A stretch of DNA of 64,000 nucleotides. Source: Heptranchias perlo (Eukaryota). Positions 11,769 through 23,669 of the stretch are shown in pieces. A model generated the notes under the pieces. It did not search any database. It was not told where the DNA came from and saw nothing but the letters and a program-made list of their open reading frames with translations. The translations under genes and the position numbers were made by a program. Positions within the stretch are counted from its first letter, which is position 1. Each line of letters opens with the position of its first letter. The stretch spans positions 2,170,001 through 2,234,000 of the forward strand of contig NW_027139623.1 in NCBI RefSeq assembly GCF_035084215.1. Direction: 5' to 3'.

Positions 11769-12965
11769 GTCCCAGCACTGACTGTGTGTATCACAGGACT
11801 GAGTGTCCCAGCACTGACTGTGTGTAGATCAGGATTGAGTGTCCCAGCACTGACTGTATGTTTAACAGGACTGAGTGTCCCAGCACTGAATGTGTGAAGA
11901 ACAGGACTGAGTGTCCCAGCACTGACTGTGTGTATAACAGGACTGAGTGTCCCAGCACTGAATGTGTATAACAGGACTGAGTGTCCCAGCACTGACTGCA
12001 TGTATAACAGAACTGAGTGTCCCAGCACTGAATGTATTGAAAAAGGACTGACTGTCCCAGCACTGACTGTGTGTATAACAGAACTGAGTGTCCCAGCACT
12101 GACTGTGTGTATAACAGGACTGAGTGTCCCAGCACTGACTCTGTGTATAACAGGACTGAGTGTCCCAGCACTGACTGTATTGAAAAAGGACTGACTGTCC
12201 CAGCACTGACTGTGTGTATAACAGAACTGAGTGTCCCAGCACTGAGTGTGTGTAACAGGACTGAGTGTCCCAGCACTGACTCTGTGTATAACAGGACTGA
12301 GTGTCCCAGCACTGACTGTGTTGAAAAAGGACTGACTGTCCCAGCACTGACTGTGTGTATAACAGAACTGAGTGTCCCAGCACTGACTGTGTGTATAACA
12401 GGACTGAGTGTCCCAGCACTGACTCTGTGTATTACAGGACTGAGTGTCCCAGCACTGACTGTGTGAAAACAGGACTGAGTGTCCCAGCACTGACTGTGTG
12501 TATAACAGAACTGAGTGTCCCAGCACTGACTGTGTTGATAGCAGGACAGGGTGTCCCAGCACTGAATGTGTGTATAACAGGATTGATTGTCCCAGCACTG
12601 ACTGTGCGTATAACAGGACTGAATGTCCCAGCACTGAATGTGTGTATAACAGGACTGAATGTCCCAGCACTGACTGTATGTATAACAGGACTGAGTGTCC
12701 CAGCACTGACTGTGTGTGTAAAAGGACTGACTTTCCCAGCAATGACTGTGTATAACAGGATTGAGTGTCCCAGCACTGACTGTGTGTATTCACAGGACTG
12801 AGTGTCCCAGCACTGACTCTGTGTGTAACAGAACTGAGTGTCCCAGCACTGACTGTGTGTATAACAGGACTGAGTGTCCCAGCACTGACTGTGTGTATAA
12901 CAGGACGGAGTGTCCCAGCACTGACTATGTGTCTAACAGGATTGAGTGTCCCAGCACTGACTGTG
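11769..12965 (+). repeat. 36-bp minisatellite (about 33 units)
   Basis: Unit GTCCCAGCACTGACTGTGTGTATAACAGGACTGAGT with 34-36 bp variants. Confidence 0.95.
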
Positions 12966-12974
12966 CGCAGAGTG

Positions 12975-13170
12975 TAGATGGTGTGTGGGAGGAGATAAAT
13001 GGGTGGGTTCGATTCCATGATAGGTTGGAGTGACATGGGGTTGTCGGTGGAGATTAAATCGGTTGGAGGAGGTTACAGAGATATGGAGAGGGCGAGGACC
13101 ATGGAGGGATTTGAAAACGAGGTCGAGGGTCTTAAAATCGAAGCTTTGTCGGACCGGGTGCCAATGTAGT
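12975..13170 (-). mobile_element. L2-type LINE 3' fragment
   Basis: Minus-strand peptide LHWHPVRQSFDFKTLDLVFKSLHG resembles the L2 ORF2 C-terminal LHWLPV..RI.FK motif. Confidence 0.65.
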
Positions 13171-13191
13171 AACACATGAACAGAAACTTAC

Positions 13192-13312
13192 GGTTCACTG
13201 CCCGGCAGACAGGTGGGGAAGACATTGATGTCCGCGGGGGAACAGTCAGGGTCACAGCAGCAGTTGAGGTCGCAGACTCCGCCAGTCAGGTCACAGGTAC
13301 AAATGGGAACGG
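13192..13312 (-). pseudogene. Tectonic-family (TCTN1/TCTN3-like) coding exon, apparently orphaned
   Basis: 121-nt exon between TCTTGTTCCAG| and |GTAAGT encoding [39 protein letters not shown], the CxCDL....CD.NCCCD.DC signature of tectonic N-termini; not in the ORF track. Confidence 0.8.
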
Positions 13313-13511
13313 CTGGAACAAGACACACAGTGAGATCTTACAACAGAGCACGGACGGTCTCAAAGACCACCTCCCTCCATTGTCTGAATCCACGATCACC
13401 GTCTTCACCATCTCCCAAAATCAATCTGCAGACTTATCCTCCCACTGCTTTCTACTCACCGAATTACAGCTTCCAGATACCCAGCACAACCCAATTAATA
13501 ATAATAATAAT

Positions 13512-14075
13512 TATGTGGAGAGAATAGAGAAGCTGGGATTACTCTCTTTGGAGCAGAGAAGGTTCAGGGGAGATTTACCAGAATGGTCCCGGGGATGAGG
13601 GACTTCAGTTCCCGGGAGAGACTGGAGAAGCTGGGATTGTTCTCCTTCGAGCAGAGACGGTTAAGGGGAGATTTAATAGAGGGGTTGAAAATGAGGAGGG
13701 GTTTTGATGGAGTCGATGGGGAGAAACTGTTGCCACTGGCGGGAGGGTCGGTAACCAGAGGACACAGATTGAAGGGAATTGGGAAAAGAGCCAGAGGGAG
13801 ATGAGGAGAATGTTTTTCGGCAGCGAGTTGTTCTGATCTGGAATCCACTGCCTGAAAGGGCGGTGGGAGCAGATTCAATAATAACTTTCAAAAGGGAATC
13901 GGGTCAATCCTTGAAGGGGGGAAATTTGCGGGACTGTGGGGAAAGAGCAGGGGGAGTGGGACTAATGGGATCGCTCTTTCACAGGGCCGGCACAGGCGCG
14001 ATGGGCCGAGCGGCCTCTTTCACAGGGCCGGCAAGGGCGCGATGGGCCGAGCGGCCTCTCTCTGTGCTGTTTGAT
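13512..14075 (+). mobile_element. CR1-type LINE 3' end with duplicated 41-bp tail segment
   Basis: ERLEKLGLFSFEQRRLRGDLIE...VTRGHRLK and QRVVLIWNPLPE peptides; tail duplication at ~13977-14058. Confidence 0.85.
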
Positions 14076-14085
14076 TCTCGCTCAC

Positions 14086-14480
14086 TTTTGGGCTCCGACC
14101 CACGGCCCGTTTGACGGGGAGGCGGGAGAGTGACTCCCCCCCGAGCCCAGCTCGACACCGGGCGCTGACAGAGTGGAGATTCACGGGGCCCGCAGGAGGC
14201 CCCGAAGAACTCCGGCGGTTTCCCCCCACCCCACCCCCTTCTCAGGCCACTCCCTCTGTCGGCCTCGCCCCCGCCCACAGCAGCGCCCGCCCGAGGACGC
14301 CAGCGTCATCCTCCCGGCTTCGGCCGGTTGCTAGGGGAACGCGGCACAGGGACAGCGCGGAGCATGCGCGGCGTCCCTGCGGCCGATGCGGCACGTACAC
14401 GTCTTGACATCAGCGCGCAATTGTGTGTGACGCCGCAGCGTGTCACGTGATGGGAGGAGTCAGCCCAGGAGCATGGGGGG
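14086..14480 (-). promoter_or_regulatory. CpG island with RFX X-box-like motif; probable promoter and degraded exon 1 of the tectonic-like gene
   Basis: GTTGCTAGGGGAAC at 14327-14340; minus-strand ATG at 14309; donor |GTGAG at 14085; E-box CACGTG ~14444; high CpG density. Confidence 0.55.
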
Positions 14481-15097
14481 AGGGGAGAGCTGTCAATCAA
14501 AGGACCCGGATTCAACACTCACAGCGCACAGAATTTGTTTAAAAATGCAAAATCTGCAAGAATGAAATCAAAATAGAATTGAACAAAAAAAGGAAAAAAC
14601 TGTAAATGCAAAATTCGGAATTAAAAGCAGAATTGTCCAAACTCACGAAAGGCTGATGGTCTGGGTCCTCCCGCCACAATCAGTCTTCTTAACCTGAGGC
14701 ATCGGATGAGCAGAATGTTTGAATGTAACTTTTTTAATGCAGAGGGTGCTGGATTTATGGAATGCACCAGCGAGGGAGGCAGTGGGGCCTGATTGTATCA
14801 GCAAATTCCAGAGAGTTGGCTAAGCACCTGAAAGCGGGTACTTTGGGATATGACAGCCGAGAAATTGGGATCTTTAATTTTTTTTTTAACATGTGCACTA
14901 GTTTTTAGTGATTGGTGTACCTGGCCACCCAAATCCCTTTACTCTTCTACGGTCACTAGATTTTCACCATTAAGAAAATACTCATATTTCTCACCTGGTG
15001 CCTGCAATAGATGCTCTTTGTATAACTCCCCACATCTTTACTGTCCGGCTGTATTTCCACTGTTAACTGTCCAGTACAAACAGCCACGGTGAGACAG

Positions 15098-16150
15098 TTT
15101 TTTTTTGATATTTCAAAATAGTCTTTATTGCATAAAATTTATGGATCCACACAGTTCAATGTAAATATCACAGTTACAATTCAAAACAATACAATACAGA
15201 TCAGACACACTACCATTCCATCATTACAATTCAAAAAATACAATACAATACAGATCATACACACTACCATTCCATTATTACAATTCAACACAATACAATA
15301 CAGATCGTACACACTGCGATCTCACCATTACAATCCAAAACACAGTACATATCTTCAAATACGTGCTGTACGATGCAAGGTGAAATGGCCTTACACAGTG
15401 GCCTTTCCCCATAGAGCCTTTGTTTAAGCCGGAGCGTGCCTCAGTGCGTCCCACAGCTTGTACTCCTGGACCTTGGAGTGTGCCAGTCGGCAACACTCGG
15501 TCGTGGATAGCTCCTGCAGTTGGAAGACCAGCAAGTTTCGGGCCGACAAAAGGGCCTCCTTCACCGAGTTGATGGTCTTCCAGCAGCAGTTGATATCTGT
15601 TTTGGTGTGCGTCCTGGGGAACTACTCATAGGGCACAGGGTCCTGTGTTACCAATCTGTTGGGGATGAACTGGGACAGATACCAACGCATCTCTCTCCAC
15701 ACCTTCTGCGCCAAGGGAAAGTCCACCAGGAGATGGACGATGGCCTTGTCTCTGCTGCAGCCTCGAGGGCAATTCACGGTGATGATGAGATGCTGTGTGC
15801 AGGAAAGACTGTATTGGGATGGCCCTTTTCACCATCATCCAAGCTACATTCTGGTGCCTGTTGGTCAGTTCCGGTGACGTGACGTTCCACTAAATGGTTT
15901 CGCCCGCCTTTTGGGGGAACTTCACGATCGGATCCACCCTCTCATTTACCTGCAGGAGCCTCAGAACATTCCGTGCCGTCCACTGTCTGACGGCCTTATG
16001 ATGGAAAGGGTTCCCCTTCAAGAACTTTTCCAAAGGTGGTGGGGTACGGGCCAACTGGGCGGGACGTCCTGCATCTGCTCGGCCAGCGTGGCCAGACACA
16101 ACCTTCTCAGTGTGGGGACTGTCACTACCTTTGGTATCAAACCCCAAACT
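15098..16150 (-). mobile_element. Tx1-clade non-LTR retrotransposon 3' fragment (degenerate)
   Basis: Poly-T at 15098-15106; similarity to the element at 54633-56226 (NCCWKTINSVKEAL, FHHKAVRQWTARNVL); ~50-bp repeats in the 3'UTR. Confidence 0.8.
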
Positions 16151-17065
16151 TACTCCATTTGATTACACGGCTTGCGGTTGTAACAGACAGAGCTGCAGCG
16201 TTTCAATTTACACTCATCTGAAGTTCCCTTGAACCACCCCTTTATATAACTATCTTGGCTCAAATTTAGAATCTGACTACTTTCTATGAGATTTAAACCT
16301 TTGTTGATCCGGGTCAGTAAAAATTCTCCGAACATCTTCTGCTGGTGGGAACTCGAGGGTCTCGGTGGACAAGGCGGCCAATCAGTGATTCGGGCCAATC
16401 AGTGATTCTGGCACTGGACACATTTCCCTCTTTAATTCGGCCTTTTGTTTGGAAGAGCCCTGGACTATGATGGGTGTAAACCTTAATCTTCTGAACTCCA
16501 ATGATGTGGAGGGAATTAGAGAGGGCGCAATACATTGGAAGTACCTGCCTTGCTCATTCTGTGTAGTTTAGCTCAGCTCCCTGGAAAGGAGTCGATGTAA
16601 AATTAATGGGATTGGTCTCAGCATGATGGACCCACCCAAGCATGGCGACGGAACTCGCAGATCGGGAACGGGGATCAAGGGCACAGTCCTTTGTATAATG
16701 GGGGCGGCAAGCATCGGACCAATAAGAAGTCTAGAATTAAGGGTGGGGATGATGTTGGAGTGGCTCTCTGTCACTGCCGTTCAACTCCCGCTCGAAGTAG
16801 CCCATACAGGGGAGCGGCAATTTCCATTTAGTCAGAGATAAAATCCCCACACAACCTGTCATACCCAGAAAAAAAGTGCAGGGAGGTCTCATCTGTGGGC
16901 CGTGCTAAGGACGTGATAACCTTGACTTTATCCTGGTTCACAGACCGGGACCATGCGTCTGGGATGACACCAAGGAAATTGATCTGCGATTCCGGAACCA
17001 GTTCCAGTGAGTAAACATTGCTGCACAGCAGCTCAGAGAGGAAACGATCTCCGGAACTCCCCACT
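16150..17065 (-). mobile_element. Probable Gypsy-type LTR retrotransposon remnant (RT/connection fragment plus LTR-like segment)
   Basis: QINFLGVI...DKVKVITSLARPTDETSL resembles the Gypsy RT C-terminus; tandem GGCCAATCAGTGATTC at ~16376-16408 and minus-strand TATATAA at ~16241-16248. Confidence 0.45.
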
Positions 17066-17563
17066 GGAGTTTGAAATTACATTAATATTTTACCGGTTAG
17101 TAACGGTCCGGGTGTTGGTCCATTATTATTCTGTTCTGGTCAAAACAAATGTCCCAATGAACAGGACGCTGTCTGACACTGACAGCTCACCCTCAGTCCA
17201 TCCCACCGGGCAGTGTGTTTGATGGGAAATAATCATCAACCGAAAAGGAGGATTTGATTTTATTCATTTCAGGATTAAACATTTAATATTGAAACGATAT
17301 TATTTCCAGACTAATAACAGCAAAGCGTTTCATGTTAGACTCGCATCTTGCATCATTTCACAACACCACATTTGTCGGCTAAAATATAATTCCTGTCTGG
17401 TATTTACAAATTCATTTGAAGTATTGGATTGATATCAGTGAACTTATTGATGTCAATGGATAGTACAATCAGGCGCGGTGAATAACGGGCGCCCGATCCG
17501 CTACCGCCCGTCTTAGGCCACCGCCAAACCGGAAAATCTACTCCAATTAATCTTCAGACGTTT

Positions 17564-18453
17564 CTATGATTTAACTAATCTAACAATTAGATTCAGTGGG
17601 TATTTCACCCCGTTCTTCAGCTCCTCTCTGAATTTAGTCTGGGTCACAGCATAAATACACGTGTTGGTGCAGGAACTGAGAAGTTGAAGCATGAATCCGA
17701 CTGACTCAATGTCACTGGCCGGATAGTACTGGGCGTTTGTTATACGCAGAGAGATAAAATAAAAAATGAATGTGCTCCATAACAATATAAAACTGCCTGA
17801 TATACTGAAGAGTAAAATGATGGATTTCCTTCGGTTCTCAATCTCTGGATCCTTCTGATTTTCTCCATTGCTGCGGCCCCGGAGTCCCCTGCGGACTCTA
17901 CTGGCCGATAAAATGTGCCTGGCGGTGAGAACATTGAACAGCAATATCAGAATGAATGGGAGACAAGGCATTAACACAAGATTAAACAAGTCAAAGGCTT
18001 CCCATGCGGGTGAAGTAAAAAAGGCCGTTTTCCAGACACAACCCCGGGGTACATTGTCCATTATATATTCCGGACCAAATACAAAGTACCAGGGAATGTT
18101 CAGTAAACAGCTCAGCGCACTCACCACCGCGATAAAAGCAGCCGCCGTTTTCTCGGTGCAATATTTTGTTTTCAGCTTCTGACAACAAATGGCCACAAAT
18201 CGATCAAAGGTGAAAATCACTGTGAACCAGACAGAGGCCGCTGTGGCTGCTACACTCAGGATGACAATGAGACGGCACACGGGGGTAATGGTCAAAAATG
18301 AAACTGGGAAATAAATATCAGCAATGCGCTTCATTATGACATCGGTGATAACGACCAGGAGATCGGCCGCCGCCATTCCCACCAGGTAGCGAGTGATACA
18401 TTTGGAGAGTCCGCACTTTCCTCGGGACAGGATCACAATCGCCACCAAGTTAA
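17564..18453 (-). CDS. Class A orphan GPCR (GPR139/142-like, chondrichthyan-expanded type), coding exon 2
   Basis: Hydrophobic TM segments, MAAADLLV (TM2), FTFDRFVAIC (TM3), NTCIY (TM7); acceptor CTTACAG| at 18454 gives in-frame GVP-VNLVAIVIL with exon 1; spliced product 319 aa. Confidence 0.9.
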
Positions 18454-20194
18454 CTGTAAGAGAGAGAAAAGGAAGGAGAGAAATTACTGATCAGACCTGG
18501 AGACAAAGGTGCAGTTTGAAAGGATCTGGGGTGAAATTTCCAGCTTTGTTGCTGCATCAAATGTTGGAAACTGGTTAACAGACCTGGGCAGGGCTTTCGG
18601 GCAGAGAATTGTTTTTAAACACAACTGTCAGTAATCAATTGGGAAATTGATACAGGAAGTAAATAAAGTGAGCATCGCATTACCTGGAAGAGCCGAGTGA
18701 GGGCGCAGTTCCAGCGGGAAAGGGAAAAGTGGCTTCATGTGCCGATTACATCCGGTTTTGCGTTCCAGACAGAAGGGAAAGTGATCCATGGTCGAGAAGG
18801 GACACGGGAAGATGCATCTGGTTTGTTGCTCTGGGCGGAGAGAGACGACAGGGGCTCGCACAAAACGGGAAAGACCGAGATCCGCCACGGTGAGTTTTAG
18901 ATTTCGGATCGGACTGGAAGAGGCAGCTGGAGACGGAGGCAGTGAGTGAGATTGGGAGGGTGACAAAAAAAGGACATGGAGGAGGTGGAGGGGAGTCAGC
19001 AGCATATGGTTTGGAAAACGTGTCAACTGAAGCAAACGGGTGAGGAGACAGAGGATTCAGTGCAGTGGGAGGAGAGGCTGAGATTCACAGGGAGAGACTG
19101 CAGCAGAGTGTTCGAGGAAATCGAATCGATAGGTCCCAGTAACACAATCCAATTACGAAGTGCAACCATTATTTTTGAGTGATTATTGTATGCACTCTCT
19201 CTGCTCTCTTTCTCAAAGCCGCTTTTCACATCCGAGTAAATCCTAACATCCTGCGCCTGCTTTCTCTTCACCAGCCCCATGTTCCAACGATCGTGTTCTT
19301 AATGTCAGTTTGATAAATGGTTAAGTCTCTGTGAACGGTTTAATATTTCTACAGATCATCCCGTTCTCCACCTGTTCACCTACACTGCTCACTTCATCGA
19401 CAATGCATGGGATAAACAGAGTCGAATGCCTCTTCCAGATTTTATTCAAAATAAATTAAATTCCTATAACTGTAATTAAAAAGTACAGCGTTAGATGGCG
19501 GCATTGTTCAATTAACGAAACGCCAAAACGACCGCTGCTGCTGAAGATCTAAAGATAAATAGAAGGGCTCATGATTCCAACAGATAAAACGGAAACTGAT
19601 ACAACACAACATCAAAACATTGCATTTTACAGTGAATTCATCCTCAGTGAAGCAGAGAATGAGATGTGAAAGAATCAGCAGCAAACACAGTTCAGTAACC
19701 AAACATTTGATGCGGCGTCAGATATACACAGAATGAAATAATATTTCATAACTGTGATAGCCAATAAATACATTGAAATCCCAGTTAAACTGAAACATGT
19801 TATTGGGGAGGGAGGACATTGCGCTGCCTCCTTGTAAAACTGAGACCGTGAGCTGTCTCATTATCAATCACTGAAAACACATTGATGAAAAAATATTCCA
19901 GGACAGGTTAGTTCCAAAACATGAAACTGTTAACAGCTCCTGATGGCCTGATACCAGCTCTTAGCCCAGACACCCGATTCCAATACATTCAGTACAGAGA
20001 ATAATCCAGTAACAATGCCAGGTTTGGATATCCAAGATCGTAACATCTGTCATGCAGCTGCTACAAGAAAAAAGAGCAGTCACTTCGCACAGAACAGTCC
20101 ACTGTGTAATACATGATGGAAGAAAAAAGAATGCCAAGTACAGCAGCAGAGTTAATATCGATTAACACCATTAAGAGCTGAGATAATGGCTTAC

Positions 20195-20264
20195 CTGGAA
20201 CTCCAATGGCTGCGAGAACAGGATAATAAATGCATTCTATCGGATACATTACTGAATATCCCAT
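20195..20264 (-). CDS. Class A orphan GPCR, coding exon 1
   Basis: MGYSVMYPIECIYYPVLAAIGVP followed by phase-1 donor G|GTAAG at 20194; completes TM1. Confidence 0.85.
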
Positions 20265-20759
20265 TTCTTTGAGAAGCAGTGACTTCTGTTGGCATGAAAA
20301 CCGCAGCTCCGGCAGGCAGTCTGAGTGGATTCATTATAGCGATCCCTGATTTATACAGGGGGTAAATCTCCACTGACACGGTTATACCCCTGATCATTGC
20401 TATTCGTTACAGTCATTTGAACAAACACATTACATCAGCAGCTTTGGCTCCGATGTAAATGATGATGTGGGTAAATCAAAAACATCTCAAAGTCCAGGGC
20501 ATTATCTTAATGAGACCTCTCTCAGGAATAAAGTTAAAAGCTCTGCTCAGAAAGGACTGGTCCAACAACAATGAGCGGCTTCATTTACAGTTTTCATATA
20601 ATTGTATTGATCATGTTCACTCCTGCCGATTCATTAAAAAATTATCGATTTCTCCACATTGTACATTGAATCCAGGTACAAAAGCAAACCCGTTTCACTC
20701 AGTTCCTGCAGGTTCCCAGTTGAAATAGGGATTTTGAGTCTCTGACACGAAGACAGCCT

Positions 20760-21590
20760 CTAAAAGGGACCCCATCCTTTCAGGCAGTGTTTCGCAACCT
20801 CTGTTCAAAAAAAATATCCTTCTCATTTCCCCTCTAGTTGTTTTGCCAATTATTTTAAACCTATGACCTCTGGTTACCAATCCAGTTGCCAGAGTACACA
20901 GTTTTCACTATTCGCTCTATAAAAAACTCTCATTATTTTGAACACCTCTATTAGGTCTCCCCTTAACCTTCCCTGATCTAAGGAGAACAATCCCAGCTTC
21001 TCCAATCCCTCCACATAACTGAAGTCACTCATCCCTGGCATCACCCTGGTAAATCTCCTTTGTACCCTCTCCAAGGCCTTGACATCCTTCTTAAACTGTG
21101 GTGCGCAGTGTTGTACACAATACTCCAGCTGAGGCCTAACCAGTCTTTGGTAAAGATTTAACATGACTTCCCTATTTGTGTATTCAATGCCACTATTTAC
21201 AAACCCATGTATCCCATCCACTTTCTTAAGCGCCTTATCAACTTGTCCTGCCACTTTCAAAGATTTGTGAATACACGCCCCCAGGTCCCTCTGCTCTTCC
21301 ACCAACCTCAAAATAATATATTGAGTTACATAGAAACTACAGCACAGAAACAGGCCATTCGGCCCAATTGGTTTATGCCAGCCTTCATGCTCCACACGAG
21401 CCTCCTCCCTCCCTACTTCATCTAACCCTGTCAGGATACCTTATTCCTTTCTCCCTCTTGTGCTTATTTAGCTTCCCCTTTAATGCATCTACGTTATTTG
21501 CCTCAACCACTCCCTGTAACAGCGTATTCCACATTCTTGCCACTCTTTGGATAAAGAAGTTTCTCCTGAATTCCCTGATTCGATTTTTTT
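20760..21590 (-). mobile_element. Two adjacent CR1-type LINE 3' fragments
   Basis: LVRPQLEYCVQ...LERVQRRFTR...LRGDLIEVFKIM peptide (20874-21320) plus a second 3' tail at ~21325-21590. Confidence 0.85.
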
Positions 21591-22150
21591 AAATTTATTC
21601 GTTCATGGGATGTGGGCGTCGCTGGCAAGGCCGGCATTTATTGCCCATCCGTAATTGCCCTTGAGAAGGTGGTGGTGAGCCGCCTTCTTGAACCGCTGCA
21701 GTCCGTGTGGTGAAGGTTCTCCCACAGTGCTGTTAGGAAGGGAGTTCCAGGATTTTGACCCAGCGACGATGACGGAACGGCGATATATTTCCAAGTCGGG
21801 ATGGTGTGTGACTTGGAGGGAAACGTGCAGGTGGTGATGTTCCCATGCGCCTTCTGCTCTTGTCCTTCTAGGTGGTACAGGTCGCGGGTTTGGGAGGTGC
21901 TGTCGAAGAAGCCTTGGCGAGTTGCTGCAGTGCATCCTGTGGATGGTACACACTGCAGTCACTGTGCGCCGGTGGTGAAGGGAGTGAATGTTTAGGGTGG
22001 TGGATGGGGTGCCAATCAAGCGGGCTGCTTCATCTTGGATGGTGTCGAGCTTCTTGAGTGTTGTTGGAGCTGCACTCATCCAGGCAAGTGGAGAGTATTC
22101 CATCACACTCCTGACTTGTGCCTTGTAGATGGTGGAAAGGCTTTGGGGAG
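21590..22150 (-). mobile_element. CR1/L2-group LINE 3' fragment with intact C-terminal ORF
   Basis: MEYSPLAWMSAAPTTLKKLDTIQ...WNSLP...FKKAAHHHLLKG ending near an AATAAA/poly-A-like tail at ~21585-21600. Confidence 0.8.
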
Positions 22151-22530
22151 ACTTCCCTTATATTTATGAACTCTAATTTTGGCCTCCCTCACAAGAGGAA
22201 ACATTTTGTCTACACTACCAAACCTTATCACGATCTGAGGAAAGAGTCCCAGCGTGTTCATCCTTTCCTGATCAGGATAGCCTCTCAGTTCTGGTATCAT
22301 CCTTGGGAATCTTTTTTGCACCGGCTCCAATGCATCTATATCCTTCCTGTAATATGGAGACCAGAACTGTACACAATACTCCAATTGTGGCCTAGCCAAG
22401 GCTCCACACAAGTTCAGCACAACTTCTTTGCTTATCAATGCTATCCCTCTAGAATTGTACCCCACAGCTTGATTTGCCTTTTTAACCTGCGTCGCTACTT
22501 TTAATGATATGTGTATCTGTGCTCCAATAC
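22150..22530 (-). mobile_element. CR1-type LINE fragment
   Basis: RPQLEYCVQFWSPYYRKDIDALEPVQKRFPRMIPEL. Confidence 0.85.
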
Positions 22531-22539
22531 TTCATTAAA

Positions 22540-22985
22540 ATTTCAAAATCTACTTTATTTCATAAAATTTAAGGATACACACATTTCAATGTAAATGTCA
22601 CAATTACCTTTCAAAACAATACAGATCGTGCACACTATGACCTCATTACCTCAATTCAAAACACTGTCCATATCTTCGAGTACATTCTGTACAATACAAG
22701 GTGAAATGGCCTTACACAGTGGCCTTTACTCATAAAGCCTTTGTGTAGGCTGCAACTCACTTCAGTGCGTCCATCAGCACATAACCCTGGACCTTGGAGT
22801 GTGCCAGTCGGCAACACTCGGTGTGGACAGCTCCGTCAGCTGGAAGACCAGCAGGTTTCTGGCAGACAAAAGAGCCTCCCTCACCGAGTTGATGGTCTTC
22901 CAGCAGCAGTTGATATCTATCTCGGTGTGCATCCCGGGGAACTGCCCGTAGAGCACGGCGTCCTGTGTTACTGAGGTGTTGAGGA
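22540..22985 (-). mobile_element. Tx1-clade 3' fragment
   Basis: SVTQDAVLYGQFPGMHTEIDINCCWKTINSVREALLSARNLLVFQ matches the C-terminus of the 54696-55907 ORF. Confidence 0.8.
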
Positions 22986-23455
22986 TAACATAAGAACATA
23001 AGAAATAGGAGCAGGAGTAGGCCAATCGGCCCCTCGAGCCTGCTCCGCCATTCAATAAGATCATGGCTGATCTGATCCTAACCTCAAATCTAAATTCATG
23101 TCCAATTTCCTGCCCGCTCCCCGTAACACCTAATTCCCTTTATTTCAAGGAAACTCTATTTCTGTTTTAAATTTATTCAATGATGTAGCTTCCACAGCTT
23201 CCTGGGGCAGCAAATTCCACAGACCTACTACCCTCTGAGTGAAGAAGTTTCTCCTCATCTCAGTTTTGAAAGAGCAGCCCCTTATTCTAAGATTATGCCC
23301 CCTAGTTCTAGTTTCATCCATCCTTGGGAACATCCTTACTGCATCCACCCGATCAAGACCCTTCACAATCTTATATGTTTCAATAAGATCGCCTCTCATT
23401 CTTCTGAACTCCAATGAGTAGAGTCCCAATCTACTCAACCACTCCTCATATGTTA
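22986..23455 (-). mobile_element. HER1-like CR1 LINE 3' end
   Basis: LGLYSLEFRRMRGDLIETYKI...FFTQRVVGLWNLLP plus 3' tail ...GGCCTACTCCTGCTCCTATTTCTTATGTTCTTATG. Confidence 0.85.
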
Positions 23456-23473
23456 GCTCTCGGACAATTCTTA

Positions 23474-23669
23474 GGAATCTTACAACACCAGGTTATAGTC
23501 CAACAGTTTTATTTGAAAATCACAAGCTTTCGGAGGCTTTCTCCACCTGACGAAGGAGAAAGCCTCCGAAAGCTTGCGATTTTCAAATAAAACTGTTGAA
23601 CTATAACCTTGTGTTGTAAGATTCCTTACATTTGTCCACTCCAGTCCATCACCAGCATCTCCACATCAT
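23474..23669 (+). mobile_element. Penelope-like insertion forming a 71-bp-arm palindrome, 12-bp TSD
   Basis: GGACAATTCTTA at 23462-23473 and 23670-23681; arms 23474-23544 and 23555-23625; CTGACGA...GAAA at 23547-23571; same family as 2258-2384. Confidence 0.82.

Noticed and set aside
11769-12965. 36-bp repeats superficially like a CRISPR array; 427-aa and Cys-rich ORFs
   Set aside because: Units are head-to-tail with no unique spacers, there are no cas genes, the context is eukaryotic, and the ORFs are repeat-translation artefacts
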